DNA of 64,000 bases, from NCBI RefSeq assembly GCF_009914755.1, contig NC_060933.1; one strand, written 5' to 3'. Shown one piece after another: positions 34,077-51,050 of the stretch. The notes under the pieces were generated by a model. That model saw only the letters and a list, made by a program, of their open reading frames with translations. It was not told the origin of the DNA and ran no database searches. Source of the DNA: the human T2T-CHM13v2.0 reference genome, Homo sapiens. A program made the position numbers and the translations under genes. Position 1 is the stretch's first letter, and every line of letters begins with the position of its first letter.

Positions 34077-35999
34077 TACTGGAGAAAAATGCATTGTTCT
34101 CTAATTTTGGTGAAGCACTGGGGAAAAAACTACAACTTGGAAGTTGTGGCTCTAAACCTCTGAGCTGTAAAGCCTATGGCTGTCTGCAAGTGAATTCCCG
34201 AGGCAATGATCTGGATAATATAAGTCCAAGCAATATGCTAATGGCTCCATTATTTGACTAGTGCAGGTATTTGTCCCTATCATTGCAAGAATATCATGGC
34301 AATATTTTGTCTCTGAAGATACTAATAGTAAGAGACAAAAGAATTGGAAAGAGAGAGGGCTAGAGAAAGAACAGGGACAGGAAGAAAGAAGAAACAGAAT
34401 GTCACTGGTGCAAGCATCTGTCTGCAGACCCCAGAGCCCATTTGCTGCTAAGGAAGATGCTCTGGAGTTATGTGTATGGACTCTGAAGAGGTTGACCTTA
34501 GAAGCAGTTTTGCCAGCCTCAGGAATCAGTTTCCATGCATTTCCTGAAGTTGTAGACAGTGGTCCAAGAATTCTTGGTGGGAGGAATGAGCTCATTGTGA
34601 ATATTTACACATTTTCAGTGCCCTTGGCCCATCCCTAGCATGTTTACCAGGAGAATGTAAACCACATTATTGTACCATTTGCCTGTTTATTATTGAGGTT
34701 TTCATGTGACTCAAAATATTTTTGCAGGTTTCTTTCAAGAAGTATTTGTTTTAAAGTTGATTATAAGGCAAAACTCTTTTCTCCTAGAAAATATGAACAT
34801 ATTCATTGAGAAGCTAACTGCTGTTCAAGATAATATAAATTTTTGCAATATCCTTATTATAAATCAAAGCCCTTATTTGGAATTAAAGTCCCTAAAAGAT
34901 CAACATTTTTTTGTTTTCATCAAGCCGTGGGCCTTAGCCCAGTTTTCAGAAATATTTTGGAAAAGTACCAGCTCGTGATACCAATCATCCAGATATTGTT
35001 TGGACATAGCCACTATTTTTATAATCATTACCCTCTCATTGAACCTTCATGGAATGAAGATAAAGTCATGGTCAATGTTTTCCTGAAAATAAACTTTAAA
35101 AATGCAACATGATTTTCTTTTAAATTAAATTAAAATGATGAGCCATTAAAAACAATTTTATTTCAATAGTTTTTGGGGTACAGGTGGTTCTTGGTTACAA
35201 GGATATGTTATTTGGTGGTGATTTCTGAGATTTTAGGGCACCTGTCACCTGAGCAGTGTACACTGTACCCAGTATATAGTCTTTTACCCCTTACCCCCTT
35301 CCAGCCTTCCCCGCTGAGTCCTCAAAGTCCATTATATCATTCTTGTGTCTTTGGGTCCTCATAGCTTAGCTCCCACTTATAAGCAGGAAATTTGATGTTT
35401 GGTTTTCCATTCTTGAGTTACTTCACTTAGAATAATGGCCTCCAGCTCCATCTAAGTTGCTGCAAAAGACATTATTTCATTCCTTTGTATGGCTGAGAAG
35501 TATTCCTTGCTATGTATATACCACATTTTCTTCATCTACTTGTTTGTCGATGGGCACTTAGGTTGGTTCCATATCTTTGCAATTGCAAATTTTGTTGCTA
35601 TAACCATGCGTGTGCAAGTGTCTTTTTCATATAATGACTTCTTTTCCTCTGGGTAGATACCCAGTAGTGGGATTTCTGGATGGAATGGTAGCTCTACTTT
35701 TATTTCTTTAAGTAATCTCCATACTGTTTTCCAGAGTGGTTGTATTAACTTACATCTCCAGCAGTAGTGTAAAAGTGTTCCCTTTTCACCACATTTTTGA
35801 CTTTTTACTTATGGCAATTATTGCAGGAGTAAGGTGGTTTAAATAATCATTTCCCAGATGATTAGTGGTGTCAAGCACTTTTTCTTTTTTATTTATTGTC
35901 GAGTATTTTTACTTAATATGTTCACGACATTCATTCAAGCTGTTGCAAATAGCAGTAGTTATGCTCTTCTTTCGGTTTTTTATTTTATGACTATTTTAC

Positions 36000-39060
<3,061 letters not shown>

Positions 39061-41266
39061 GTTGAGCACTTTTTCATATGTTTGTTGGCGGTTTGTATAT
39101 CTTCTTTTGAGAATCGTCTATTCATGTCCTTTGCCCATTTTTTAATGGGTTTGCTTTTTCCTTACTGGTTTGAGTTCCTTGTAGATTCTGGATATTAATC
39201 CTTTGTTGGATGCATAGTTAGTGAATATTTTATCCCACCCTGTGGGTTGTCTGTTTACTCTGTTGATTATTTCCTTTGCTGTGCTAAAGCTTTTAAGTCT
39301 AATTAGGTTCCAACTATTTATTTTTGATTTTGTTGTATTTGCTTTTGGGGTCTTAGTCATGAATTATTTGCCTAAGCCAATGTCTAAAAGAATTTTTCCA
39401 ATGTTATCTTCTAGAATTTTTATAATTTCAGGTTTAGATTTAAGTTTTTGATCCATCTTGAGTTGATTTTTGTGTAAGGTGAGAGATGGGATTCAGTTTC
39501 ATTCTTCTACATGTGGCTTGCCAGTTTTCCCAGCACCATTTGTTGAATAGGGTATGTTTTCCCCAATTTATGTTTTTATATGCTTGTTGAAGATCAGCTA
39601 GCTCTAAGTATTTGGCTTTATTTATAGGTTCTCTATTTTGTTCCATTGGCTGACATGCCTATTTTTATACCAGTACCATGCTGTTTAGGTAACTATAGCT
39701 TTGTAGTATAATTTGACATTGGGTAATGTGATGCCTCCAGATTTTTTCCTTTTGCTTAGTATTGCTTTGGTTATGCAGGTTCTTTTCTTGTTCATGTATG
39801 AATTTTAGTATTGTTTTCTAGTTCTATGAAGAATGACAATGGCATTTTATGGGAATTGCATTGAATGTGTAGATTGCTTTTGGCAGTATGGTCATTTTCA
39901 CAATATTGATTCTTCCCATCCATGAGCATGGGATGTGTTTCCATTTGGGTCCTCTATGATTTATTTCATCAATGTTTTGTAGTTTTCCTTGTAGAGATCT
40001 TTCACCTTCTTGGTTAAGTATATTTCTACATATTTTACTCTTTTTTTTTTGGCAGCTGTTGTAAAAGGGATTGAGTTCTTGATTTGACTCTCAGCATGGT
40101 CATTGTTGGTGTATAGCAGTGCTACTGATTTGTGTACATTGATTTTGTATCTTGAGACTTTATTGAATTCATTTATCAAATCTAAAGAACTTTCAGGGTG
40201 AGTCTTTAGGGTTTTCTAGGTATACAATCATATAATCAACAAGCAGCAATAGTTTCTCTTGTCTGATTTTCTTGTTTGATTGTCTTGTCTTTCTCTTGTC
40301 TAATTGCTCTGGCTAGGACTTCCAGTATTATGTTGAATATAAGTGGTGAAAGTGGGCATTCTTGTCTTGCTCTTGTTCTCAGGGGGAATGCTTTCAACTT
40401 TTCCCTATTCAGTATAATGTTGGCTGTGGGTTTGTCTTGTATGGCTTTTATTACTTTGAGGTAAGTCCCTTCTATGTCTATTTTGTTAAGATTTTTTTTT
40501 TAATCATAAAGAGTTACTGGATTTCATCAAATGCTTTCTCTGCATATTGAGATGATCATATGGTTTTTTAAAAAAATTTCTGTTTATGTGATGTATCACA
40601 TTTATTGACTTGTGTATGTTAAACCATCCCTGCATCTCTGGTATGAAACCCACTTGATCATGATGTATTATCTGTTTGATATGGTGTTGGATTCAGTTAG
40701 CTAGTATTTTGTTGATGATTTTTACATCTGTATTCATTGGGGATATTGGTCTGTAGTTTTCTTTTTTTGTTATTTTTTTCCTGGTTTTGGTATTGGAGTG
40801 ATACTGGCTTCATAAAATGATTTAGGGAAGATTCTCTTTATCTTTTGGAATAGTTTCAGTAGAATTTGTACCAATTATTCTTTGAATGTCTGACAGAATT
40901 CAGCTGTGAATCCATCTGGTCCTGAACTTTTTTGTTGGCATTTAAAAAATTACTGATTCAATATTGCTGCTGGTTATTGGTCTGTTCAGCATTTATATGT
41001 ATTCCTGACTTAATCTAGGAGGTTTGCATATTTCCAGGAATTTATCCATTTTCTCTAGATTTTGTAGTGTGTGTGCATAAAGCTGTTCATAGTACCTTTG
41101 AATCATCTTTTGTATTTCTGTGGTATTGGTTGTAATATCTCCAGTTTCTTTCTAATTGAGCTTATTTGACTCTTTTCTCTTCTTTTCTTGGTTAATCCTG
41201 CTAAAGGTCTATCAATTTTGTTTATCTTTATAAAGAAACAGCTTTTCGTTTCATTTCTCTTTTGTA

Positions 41267-41590
41267 TTTTTTTCTTTTTGTGAGACAGAGTCTCCATCTG
41301 TCACACAGGCTGGAGTGCAGTGGCATGACCTCGACTCACTGCAACCTCTGCCTCCCTGGTTCAAGTGATTCTCCTGTCAGCCTCCCAAGTAGCTGAGATG
41401 ACAGGTGTGCACCACCATGCCTGGATAATTTTTGTATTTTTACAAAAAAATACAATATTATTTTATATTCTTTTGGAGATGAGTTTCACCATGCTGGCCA
41501 AGCTCTTCTCAAACTCCTGACCTCAAGTGATCTGACTGCTTTGGCTTCCCAAAGTGCTGAGATTACAGGCGTGAACTACTGCACCCAGCC
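41267..41590 (-). mobile_element. Alu (S/J) with expanded AT-rich linker
   Basis: Full dimer ending CACCCAGCC. Confidence 0.88.
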
Positions 41591-44219
41591 ATTGTGTTGT
41601 TTTTGTTTTTGTTGTTGTTGTTTTCTTTCAATTTCATTTAGTTCTGCTCTTATCTTTGTTATTTCTTTTTTTCTCCTGGGTTTGGGTTTAGTTTGTTCTT
41701 GTTTCTGTAGTTCCTTGTTGTATAACCTTAGATTGTCTATTTGTGCTCTTTCAGATGTTTTGATGTCGGCATTGAAAGCTATAAACTTTTTTCTTAGCAC
41801 CACTTTTGCTGTATCCCATAGGTTTTGGTAAGTTGTGTCACTATTATCATTTATTTCAAATAATTTTTACATTTCCATCTTGATTTCATTGTTAGCTGAA
41901 AAATTACTCAAGAGCAGATTATTTAATTTCCATGTATTTGCATAGTTTTGAGGGTTCCCTTTGGAGTTGATTTCCAGTTTTATTCTACTGTGGTCTGAGA
42001 AGATACTTTATATGATTTCTACTTTCTTAAATTTATTGAGACTTGTTTTGTGGTCTATCATATGGTCTATCTTGGAGAATGTTTCATGTGCTGATTAGAA
42101 GAATGTATATTCTGCAGTTGTTTGGTAGAATGTTCTGTAAATATCTGTTAAGTCCATTTGTTCTAGGGTATAGTTTAAGTCCATTGTTTCTTTATTGGCC
42201 CTCTGTCTTGATGATCTGTCTAGTGCTATCAGTGGAGTATCGAGGTCCCCCACTATTATTGTGTTGCTGTCTATCTTACTTCTTAGGTCTAGTAGTAATT
42301 GCCTTGTAAATCTGGGAGCACCTGTGTTGAATGCATACAAATTTAGGATTGTAATATCTTCCTGTTGGACTAATCCTTTTATCATTATATAATGCCCTTC
42401 TTTGTCTTTCTTTTCTTTTTTTATTGTTGTTGCTTTAAAGTCTACTTAGTCTGATATGAGAATAGCTACTCTTGCTTGCTTTTAGTTTACATTTGCATGA
42501 AATATCTTTTTCCACCCTTTTATCTTAAGTTTATAGGAATGCTTGTGTGTTAGGTGAGTCTCTTGAAGTCAGCAGATATTTGGTTGGTGATTTTTTTTTG
42601 TCCATTGTGCCATTCTGTATCTTTTAAGCGGGACATTTAGGCCACTTACATTCAACTTTAATACTGAGATATAAGGTACTGTTCTATTTATCTTGTTAGT
42701 TGTTGCCTAAATACTTTGTTTGTTCATTGTGTTTTTGTCTTATAGGCCCTTTGAAATTTATGCTTTAAGGAGGTTCTATCTTAGTTCACATTGAGCTTTG
42801 TTTCAAGGTTTAGAACTCCTTTCAGCATTTCTTGTAGTATTGGTTTGTTAGTGGCGAATTCCCCCAGCATTTGTTTGTCTGAAAAAGAATTCATCTCTCC
42901 CTCATTTATGAAGCTTAGTTTTGTTGAATACACAATTCTTGGCTGACAATCATTTTGTTTAAGAAGGCTAAAGATATGTCCTGGGTCTCTTCTGGCTTGT
43001 AAGGCTTCTGCTGAGAAATCTGCCATTAGACTGATAGGTTTTCCCTTATAGGTTACCTGATGCTTTTGTCTCACAGCTTTTAAAATTATTTCCTTCATGT
43101 TGACTTTAGATAACCTGATGACTATGTGCCTTGGTGATGATCTTTTTGCAATGCATTTCCCAGGAGTTCTTTAAGCTTCGTGTATTTGGATATCTAGATC
43201 TCTAAGACCAAGGAAGTATCTAAGACCAGGGAAGTTTTCCTCAATTATTCCCTCAAACAAGTTCTCCAAACTTTTAGACTTCTTTTCTCCCTCAGGAACA
43301 CCAATTATTCTTAGAGTTGGCTGTTTTACAAAATTCCATATTTCCTGATGACTTTATTTATTTTGATTCTTTTTTTCTTTGTCTTTTCTGGTTGGGTTAA
43401 TCCTAAAGCCTTGTTTTCAAGCCCTAAAATTCTTTCTTCTACTTGTTCTAGTCTGATGGGCAATTTTTATTTCATGTCTTTTCTGATTCTAAAACTGTTG
43501 CATATTTATTGTACCAAAATTGAATAAAACAGGGCATTAAAAAATCACTTGTATACCTACTACTGTTCAAACATGTTTTAGTCTATGTTCTTCCAATAAC
43601 TTTTCCAAACCCTATCTATGTATACAGTATATACATGCATGCATATCTGTACGTATGACTTTTAAACAAAATTGAGTATGCATCAAAGTTTTGATAAGCC
43701 CAGGGTATCCATTTTGAGTGTCTCAATGAGTTGAAATTTCCCTTGTGTGAGAGAAGGAGCTGGCTTGCATCTCTGTGTGGTGATTTGGGCTGGGAGTGAC
43801 TCCAGTATTGCTCCACGGTCATCAGCTTATGAAAATCTCCCTGCAGGTAGGAGTAAGGTGCCCAGAGACAAAGTGGCTTTGAGTCCCTATGTGTTGGTAA
43901 AGGGCACAGGGTGAGGGCAGGTTTGGGATGTTGGGCATATTCATTCTCAGCCAGGAGAAGGCGAGACCCTTGCCCACCCCAGCTCTTGGCTGGCAGCATG
44001 GCAGCACTGGGCACTCAGCCTCAAAATGGTGCTGGGCTCAGAGAGCAGGAGTTGGTCAGGAAAGAGGGGCCAGACAGGGGAGCAGAAGCAACCTCAGTCT
44101 ACCCCTCTGTAAGCACCCCCCTTTAGCAATGAAGAGGAAGTTCTCAGGAAACTAGTAGGGAGAGGGGAAGAGGCATAGTAAGAAAGAGGAAGACAAAGAG
44201 CAAGTATGTGACTGAGAAC

Positions 44220-44293
44220 ATATGTGTGTTTGTCTGTGTGTGTGTGTGTGATGTATGTGTGGTGTGTGTATAGTGTGCCTAGTGTGTATGGTA
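44220..44293. repeat. Degenerate (TG)n tract, continuing at 44957-45003
   Basis: TG-rich run split by the LTR. Confidence 0.8.
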
Positions 44294-44956
44294 TGTAAAG
44301 GAAAATAAAAAAATACCAGGACTCCCAAACTTGAGCCGGGAGGCTGAGCCATGCAACACCAGCTTCCAAATGAATAGCTGTAGCATTGTGCACCAGCCAG
44401 GTCCCCATGGACAGGTAGGAGGCCTCAGGGATCTACCATGGGCTGCCCCACAGATCATTCAGGAGTAAATTTTTTGCTGGCCTCCCATAAACAAGGACAT
44501 GCCAATTGTAATTTTAGGTGTACAATCTAAGTCTGGCTCCTAAAACTAAAGTCTGTTCATTCCATACTGATAGTGTCAATTACAAGCTTATCTTCCCAGG
44601 TGTAGAATAAAGACTCCTCCCTCCTACCCAGAGATGGCTGCATAATTAACTCGTCCTTTACACCCTTTTTTTCCTTTAAACATTCAGCTTCTCTTATGTG
44701 AAATGTAGATTAACTGGGCACTAACTAAAGTGTAACAGGAATGTAACCATTTGCTTTACTATCTACCTGCCCCTCTTTCTGTCTGCCATCCCTCAATTTA
44801 AGGAAATGTATAAATACTAAGTCTCCTGAAAACCTCTTTGGAAAAACATCCAGGGATGTGTCTGTGGCTAATTTTTTTTTCCAGATGCACCCTAAAGCTG
44901 GCTTAATAAACCTTGGTGATTGAGACCTTTGCCTTAGTCACTCATCTTGGTTATCA
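44294..44956 (+). mobile_element. Solo ERV1 LTR, MER4 group
   Basis: TGTAAAGGAAAATAAA start, TATAAAT, CTTAATAAACC polyA signal, ...TTATCA end; 4-bp TSD GGT(A/G). Confidence 0.75.
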
Positions 44957-46344
44957 GGTGTGTGTATGTGTGCACTGTATGGAGGGTGTGTGTGATGTAT
45001 GTGATAAATAACCAGCATTTGGAAGCTGACACCACAGGAGTGGCCACTCAAGGCCCAGCCATTGGAAGGGCACACCAGACGGGGACAGAAGACTCCAGGA
45101 GTGAGAGAGACTGACCAGTTCAGGGTTCAGAGCTCATCCCAGTCTCTCTTCTGCAGACCTCCCTCTTGGTCTAGAGCTCTTATCAAGAACTCTAAGCCCC
45201 AGGTAGAGGGACGGAGAAGCAACAATGCCATACCCTGCCTGGATCGCAGACCAGAATGTGAGAATGAAAGTTCTGGCTTGAACTCCTCTAAGGCTCCCCA
45301 TGCCCTCTGGATCGAACCCCAACTCCTTCCTGGGCCGTGGACTCTGTGGCTCCTTGCAAGTTCATCTGCCCACAGGCCACATGCAGGGGGCTGCTGCTTG
45401 TGTCCCACACCCTGCCTTGCTCTCCCAGCTCTGGGCTGTGAATCCGTCTCCTTGGAAAATGTGTCTGCTGCCTCTGTTGAATTCCTTAGGATTCTGCCTC
45501 ACTGTTTTCTTTCTCCAGAGGCTTTTCTCTAATGGCCCCCAATCTGGGTCAGGTGTCCTCTGTGTGCCCTATGGCCCCGATACGATCTCTTGTCTTGGCC
45601 TGTCCTGACCAGCATAACTTTGAACAAACTGTTTTGCTTAAATGGGCTTCTGGCTTCTTCATCTAGCAAATCAGAGTTGGACCATGCGATGTGAAGTCCT
45701 CTTGTGAGAGAACCTGTGTGATTCTCCAAATTTTTTTTTATATTAGTTATTTAACCAGCTTTTAACTTCTACTCCTCTAAGCAGCTGGAGGAGAGAGGAG
45801 GAGGAAGGTGACCTGGCAATTCACCTTTAGAAACTCTTTTCAGCTCTTTGCCCAAAAAAGTGAACTTGGTTTCTGGGCTATCCTGGCCATGTTCACAGGG
45901 CTGGAAACTACTTGGATTGATCGAATGGGACCAAGGATATGAGGAGATGGGAAACTGTGTTATGGTTCCTAGTTGGCCAGTTGCTCCCCTCTCTTCATGC
46001 CTAGAGGGGCATGTGGTCATTAGCCAGCTGCTTTGAAAGGAAAGGAAATCACCTCTCTAGAAGCAGAACCCTCCCACATCCAGGCTCGGGAGGCTTTGGC
46101 AATTGACTCACTTTTCAGACCAGTGAGGAATGGTTTGGGCTTTTGAATCACAATCCAAGAAGAAGGTCCACCAGATGCCTGCCTTTAATGACAAGAAGAA
46201 TTTTGTTTGAATTAATTGTTTCATTACAGCTGCCTGCACATGATAAGCTGTTTCAGGTTGAGAACCAGAGCAACACAGGAGCTCACTGGGTACTTCTACA
46301 CATCCCACTCCGTTTTGTTATTGCTATTGTTGTTTCTTTCCTTT

Positions 46345-47590
46345 TAACAATTTCTCTTTTTGAAATAATTTTGGACTTACAAGAAATTGCAAAAAATAGT
46401 ACAATGTTACTGAGTATGTGATTCTCACCCCTAGCACTGTGTATGCATGTGTGTGTGTGCACACTTGTGTATGTGTATAGTTTATAGTTTTTTTTTAAGT
46501 ATTTAAGAATAAATTGCAGACATTTGGTTCTCTTATTGGAGCACTTCACTGTGCATTTACAAAATCCAAGGGTATTCTCTTTTATAACTATAGTGCAACT
46601 ATCAAAGCAGGAAATTAACATCGATACAGTTCTATTATCTAATCTACAGACCTTATTCCAATTTTTCTGGGTGTCCCACTAATGTTATTTTTCTGATCCA
46701 GCATCCCACATTGCTTTTTGTTGTCCTGTCTCCTTGGTATCCTCTAATCTGGAATAGTCCCTTAGTCTTTTTTTAATCTTCCATGGCCTTGACGTTTGTG
46801 AAGAGTGGTGTTCATTATTTAGTTGAATATCCCTCTAAATGGGTTTGCCTGATGTTTCTGCAGAACGTGTGTGTGTGTGTGTGTGCGCACGTGTGCGATG
46901 TGTGTTTGTGATGTGTGTGTGGGCATACAGTTCATGCATTTTTGGCAGAGATACAACAGAAGTGGTGTTGTGTCAGATCAGGAGGAACGTGGTAGCAATT
47001 TGTCCCATTGCTGGTGATGGTAGTGACAGTTACTTGGTGAACACAGTGTCACAGGTTTCTTCACTGCCAGGTTCCTATTTTCCCCTTTGTCATTAATGAG
47101 AATCTTGGGAGGTGATACTTTGAGACTATGCAAATATCCTGCTCCCTATCACACTTTTGCCAATTGATTTTAGCATCTTTTGATGATTTTTGCCTAAAAC
47201 AGTCATTACAGTTGTGGGTGCCAAGTGGTTTTCTAATTCTGTCACTCCTTTTGCATATATGAGTTGGCATTCCACTGCGAGGAAGAGCTGGCCCTTCTCC
47301 CATATTTATTTGCTCATATCTGTGTGGGTGCATGGATTCCTTGTCTATGATATAGGTTACAATCCCTCATTATCACTATTTAGTTCAAATTATTCCAAAT
47401 TTGACCAGTGGATGCCTTTTTCAGCTGGCTCCTGGGTCCTCTTGCTGTGTCTCCATCCTCTTCTAACATTTCCTTAATTTCTGGGGTGGTGTGACCTCCA
47501 GGCTCATCTTCTGTGTTCCCTGCTCCAGACCTGGGACCAGGCATTTCTCTGAGGAGCCTTCCTTCCTGTTGCTGGAGAATGGCATTGAGC
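46345..47590 (-). mobile_element. L1MC3/4-like 3' end with internal (TG)n at about 46867-46920
   Basis: TTTTGAAATAATTTTGGACTTACAAGAAATTGCAAAAAATAGTACA; TAATCTACAGACCTTATTC; GATACTTTGAGACTATGCAAATATCCTG. Confidence 0.75.
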
Positions 47591-47798
47591 AGGCGTCATG
47601 ATCTGGGTGTTCTGACTCACCACCCCCAACCCAGCTTGTCCTTGGTTGGGGTTTCCTACAGCCACCTGCACCTCTCAATCAGTTTCCCTCTCAGGCTCTC
47701 TGTCCACTCCCAACACAGTACTCTCTTCTGTGCCCTAGGCTTCACGGTACAATGGCCTGATAAACATTTCCACTTGGATCTTAAAGGAAGCATGTCTT

Positions 47799-48202
47799 TG
47801 TGGTGGCTGAATTGCATCCCCCCAACCAAAAAAATTCATATTTTGAAGTCCTAACACTCAGTAATTCAGAATGTGATGTATTTGGAGACAGGGTCTTTAA
47901 AGAAGTGATTAAGGTAAAATGAGATCCTTCCAGTGGACCCTAATCCAACCTGACTGATGTGTTATAGGCAGAGGAGATGAGGTCACAGACACACACAGAG
48001 GGATGACCATGTGAGCATACAGGGAGAAGACAGCAATCTGCAAGCCAAGGAGAGAGGCCTTAGAGAAACCAACCCTGCCAACACCTTGATCTTGGACATC
48101 CAGCCTTCAAGACTGTGAGACAGTAGATTTCTGCTGTGTCAGCAACTCCACCCACAGCCCATCTGTGGTCCTTTGTTATGACAACTGGAGCAGATGAATG
48201 TA
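47799..48202 (+). mobile_element. MLT1A/B-like MaLR LTR
   Basis: TGTGGTGGCTGAATTG...GAAGTCCTAAC...GTATTTGGAGACAGGGTCTTTAAAG...CCAACCCTGCCAACACCTTGATCTTGGAC. Confidence 0.85.
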
Positions 48203-48313
48203 ATCCTTAACAGAACTCATGCCTTCCCTCTGCCTTGCTTCTTGCCTTAGTGTGCCCCCCCTCAGGAAATGGTGCCACCATTCAGCCATTTGTTTGTGTC
48301 TGTCCTATCAATA

Positions 48314-48500
48314 CTTCTTCTTCATCTTCTTCTTCCTCTTCCTCCTTCTCCTCTCCTTGTCCTCCTCCTCTTCTTATTCTTCTTCGTCCTCTTCTTCTTC
48401 TTCCTCTTCCTCTTCCCCTTCCTCTTCCCCTTCTCCTTCTCCCCCTCCCTCTCCTCCTTCTTCTCCTTCTCCTCCTCCAAGTTCTCCTTCTCCTCTTCTT
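48314..48500. repeat. Polypyrimidine (CTT/CCT)n tract
   Basis: About 185 bp almost purely C/T. Confidence 0.9.
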
Positions 48501-50390
48501 TATTTTCATTTTCATTTTTAAAGCTGGAATAATTCTATAAAGAGAAAGTTTCCTCACAGACATTTTGTTATTTTGACATCTCATTTGTATAGGAAAAGCA
48601 GGATTAAAATGTTTGATTCTTTTTTATTTTCTAGTTTTCAGAATAATGAGTTGGCTTCTTAGCATCCTTTAAGTGTGGCAAAGAAATTTTTTTTAAAGTA
48701 TTATTATGGACTCATGGGAATAAACATATTTTATGTACTTCAAATTGTTGCAGTTATTTTTACTGATGTTCAAATGGTACCATCCTTGGTAAATGGGAGA
48801 TTAACAAGGTGCCTCCTGAACTCATTTCGCATGGTTCCAGTGGACCTCATAAGAGGCTTTTCTCTTTCTATAACAAGATATTCCAGGATTGTCCTATATA
48901 TTTCCTGCTCAGATCTTGAAATGCACCTCTCTTTAAGGGTTCTTAGTTTTTTTTTCCTGAGGAAATGGTAGTTAGAGACAACTTAGGTACTAGGCTAGGA
49001 TGCTTATTGCTGTTGTGTTGATTTTTGTCATTTGGCCTTTTCAGTAGACAGAGCAAGGAAATAGAAAAATAAAATATAAAGATTAAATACATCATGAATC
49101 CAAACTGCTACTTCAAATTTAAATTTAAGTGATAGACTTTCTCCCCATTTTTTAGAACAGTAATCTCTCTCTCTCTTTCTCTCTCTATATGTAATATTGT
49201 ATACAATTTACCATTTAAGCCATTTTAAGTATACAATTAGTGTCATTAATTACTTTCATAATCTTGTGCACCATCACCACTATTTATTTATGGTTGTTTC
49301 ATCATCCCAAACAGAAACTCTACTCATTAAGTAATAATAATTTTCTATTTCTCCTCCCCCAGCCCCTAGCAACCTTTAACTTAACTTTTTGTTTTCAGGA
49401 ATTGTCCTTTTCTGGACATTTCATATAAGTGGAATCTACAGTATTTGTTCTTTTGTGTCTGGCTGATTTCACTTAGCATAATGTTTTCAAGCCTCATCCA
49501 TGTTGTTGCATGTGTCAGAGCTTCATTCCTTTTTATGGCTGAGTAATAAATATCCCACTGTAGGCATAAACAACACTTCATTTATCCACTCATCTGTTGA
49601 TGGGCACTTGGGTTGTTTGCCCCTTTCGGCTGTCGTGAATAGTGCTGCAATGAACACTGGCGTAGAAGTATCTCTTTGAGTCCTTGTTTTCAGATTTTTT
49701 GGATGTATACCTAGGTGTAGAATTGCTGAGTCATATGGTAATTCCATTTAGCTTTTTGAAGAACCATCAAACTGTTTTCCATAGTGCTGCACCATCTTAC
49801 ATTCCCACCCACAATATCCTAGCATTCTGATTTCTTCACATTCTTGACAACATTTGTGATTTTTTTCCCTTAGTCATCCTAACCTGTATGAATTGATATC
49901 TCATTGTGGTTTTGATTTTCATTTTCCTAATAATTAGTGATGTTGAGCATCTCTTCAGGTGCTTACTGGCCATTTATATATCTTCTTTGGAGTGTTGACT
50001 ATTCAAGTCCTTTGACAATTCTTTGATTGGGTTGTTTGTCTTTTTGTTGTTGAGTTGAAGGACCTCTTTCTATATTCCCAAGTCCCAGCTGGTCCTCAAA
50101 GGTCCAATTTCTTCAATCAGTAAATAGCGAGAAAAAACAAAACGAATGTAAATGAAATCTAGATATTAAAATCTTATTATCTGATTTGAACATATTTTCT
50201 CCTGGTCTGTAGGTTGTCTTTTCACTTTCCTGATAATAAGCACTGATGCACAAAAGTTTTTAATTTTGATGAAGTCTAATTTATCTATTTTTTGCTGTTG
50301 CTTTTTGGTGTCATATCTAGGAATCAAGTGCCAAATCCAAGATTATGAAGATTTATTTCTTTGTTTTATTCTAAGACTTTTATTAGCTTT
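48500..50390 (-). mobile_element. Old L1 fragments: L1MC-like (to ~49150), then L1MB-like 3' portion (~49190-50390)
   Basis: TCTGGACATTTCATATAAGTGGAATC; minus-strand peptide ELPYDSAILHLGIHPK. Confidence 0.8.
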
Positions 50391-50418
50391 AGTAGATGCT
50401 TAAATTATAATTTTCCAT

Positions 50419-51050
<632 letters not shown>

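Noticed and set aside
43201-43235. 17-bp near-tandem duplication in L1PB ORF1
   Set aside because: Ordinary slippage-type duplication with no further structure.
45062-45608. 156-aa and 102-aa ORFs in unique sequence
   Set aside because: No recognisable domain, the longer ORF starts at a non-ATG codon, and there is no convincing splice or promoter context.
48219-48584. Poly-Ser/Pro/Leu/Arg ORFs
   Set aside because: Translations of the (CTT/CCT)n low-complexity tract.
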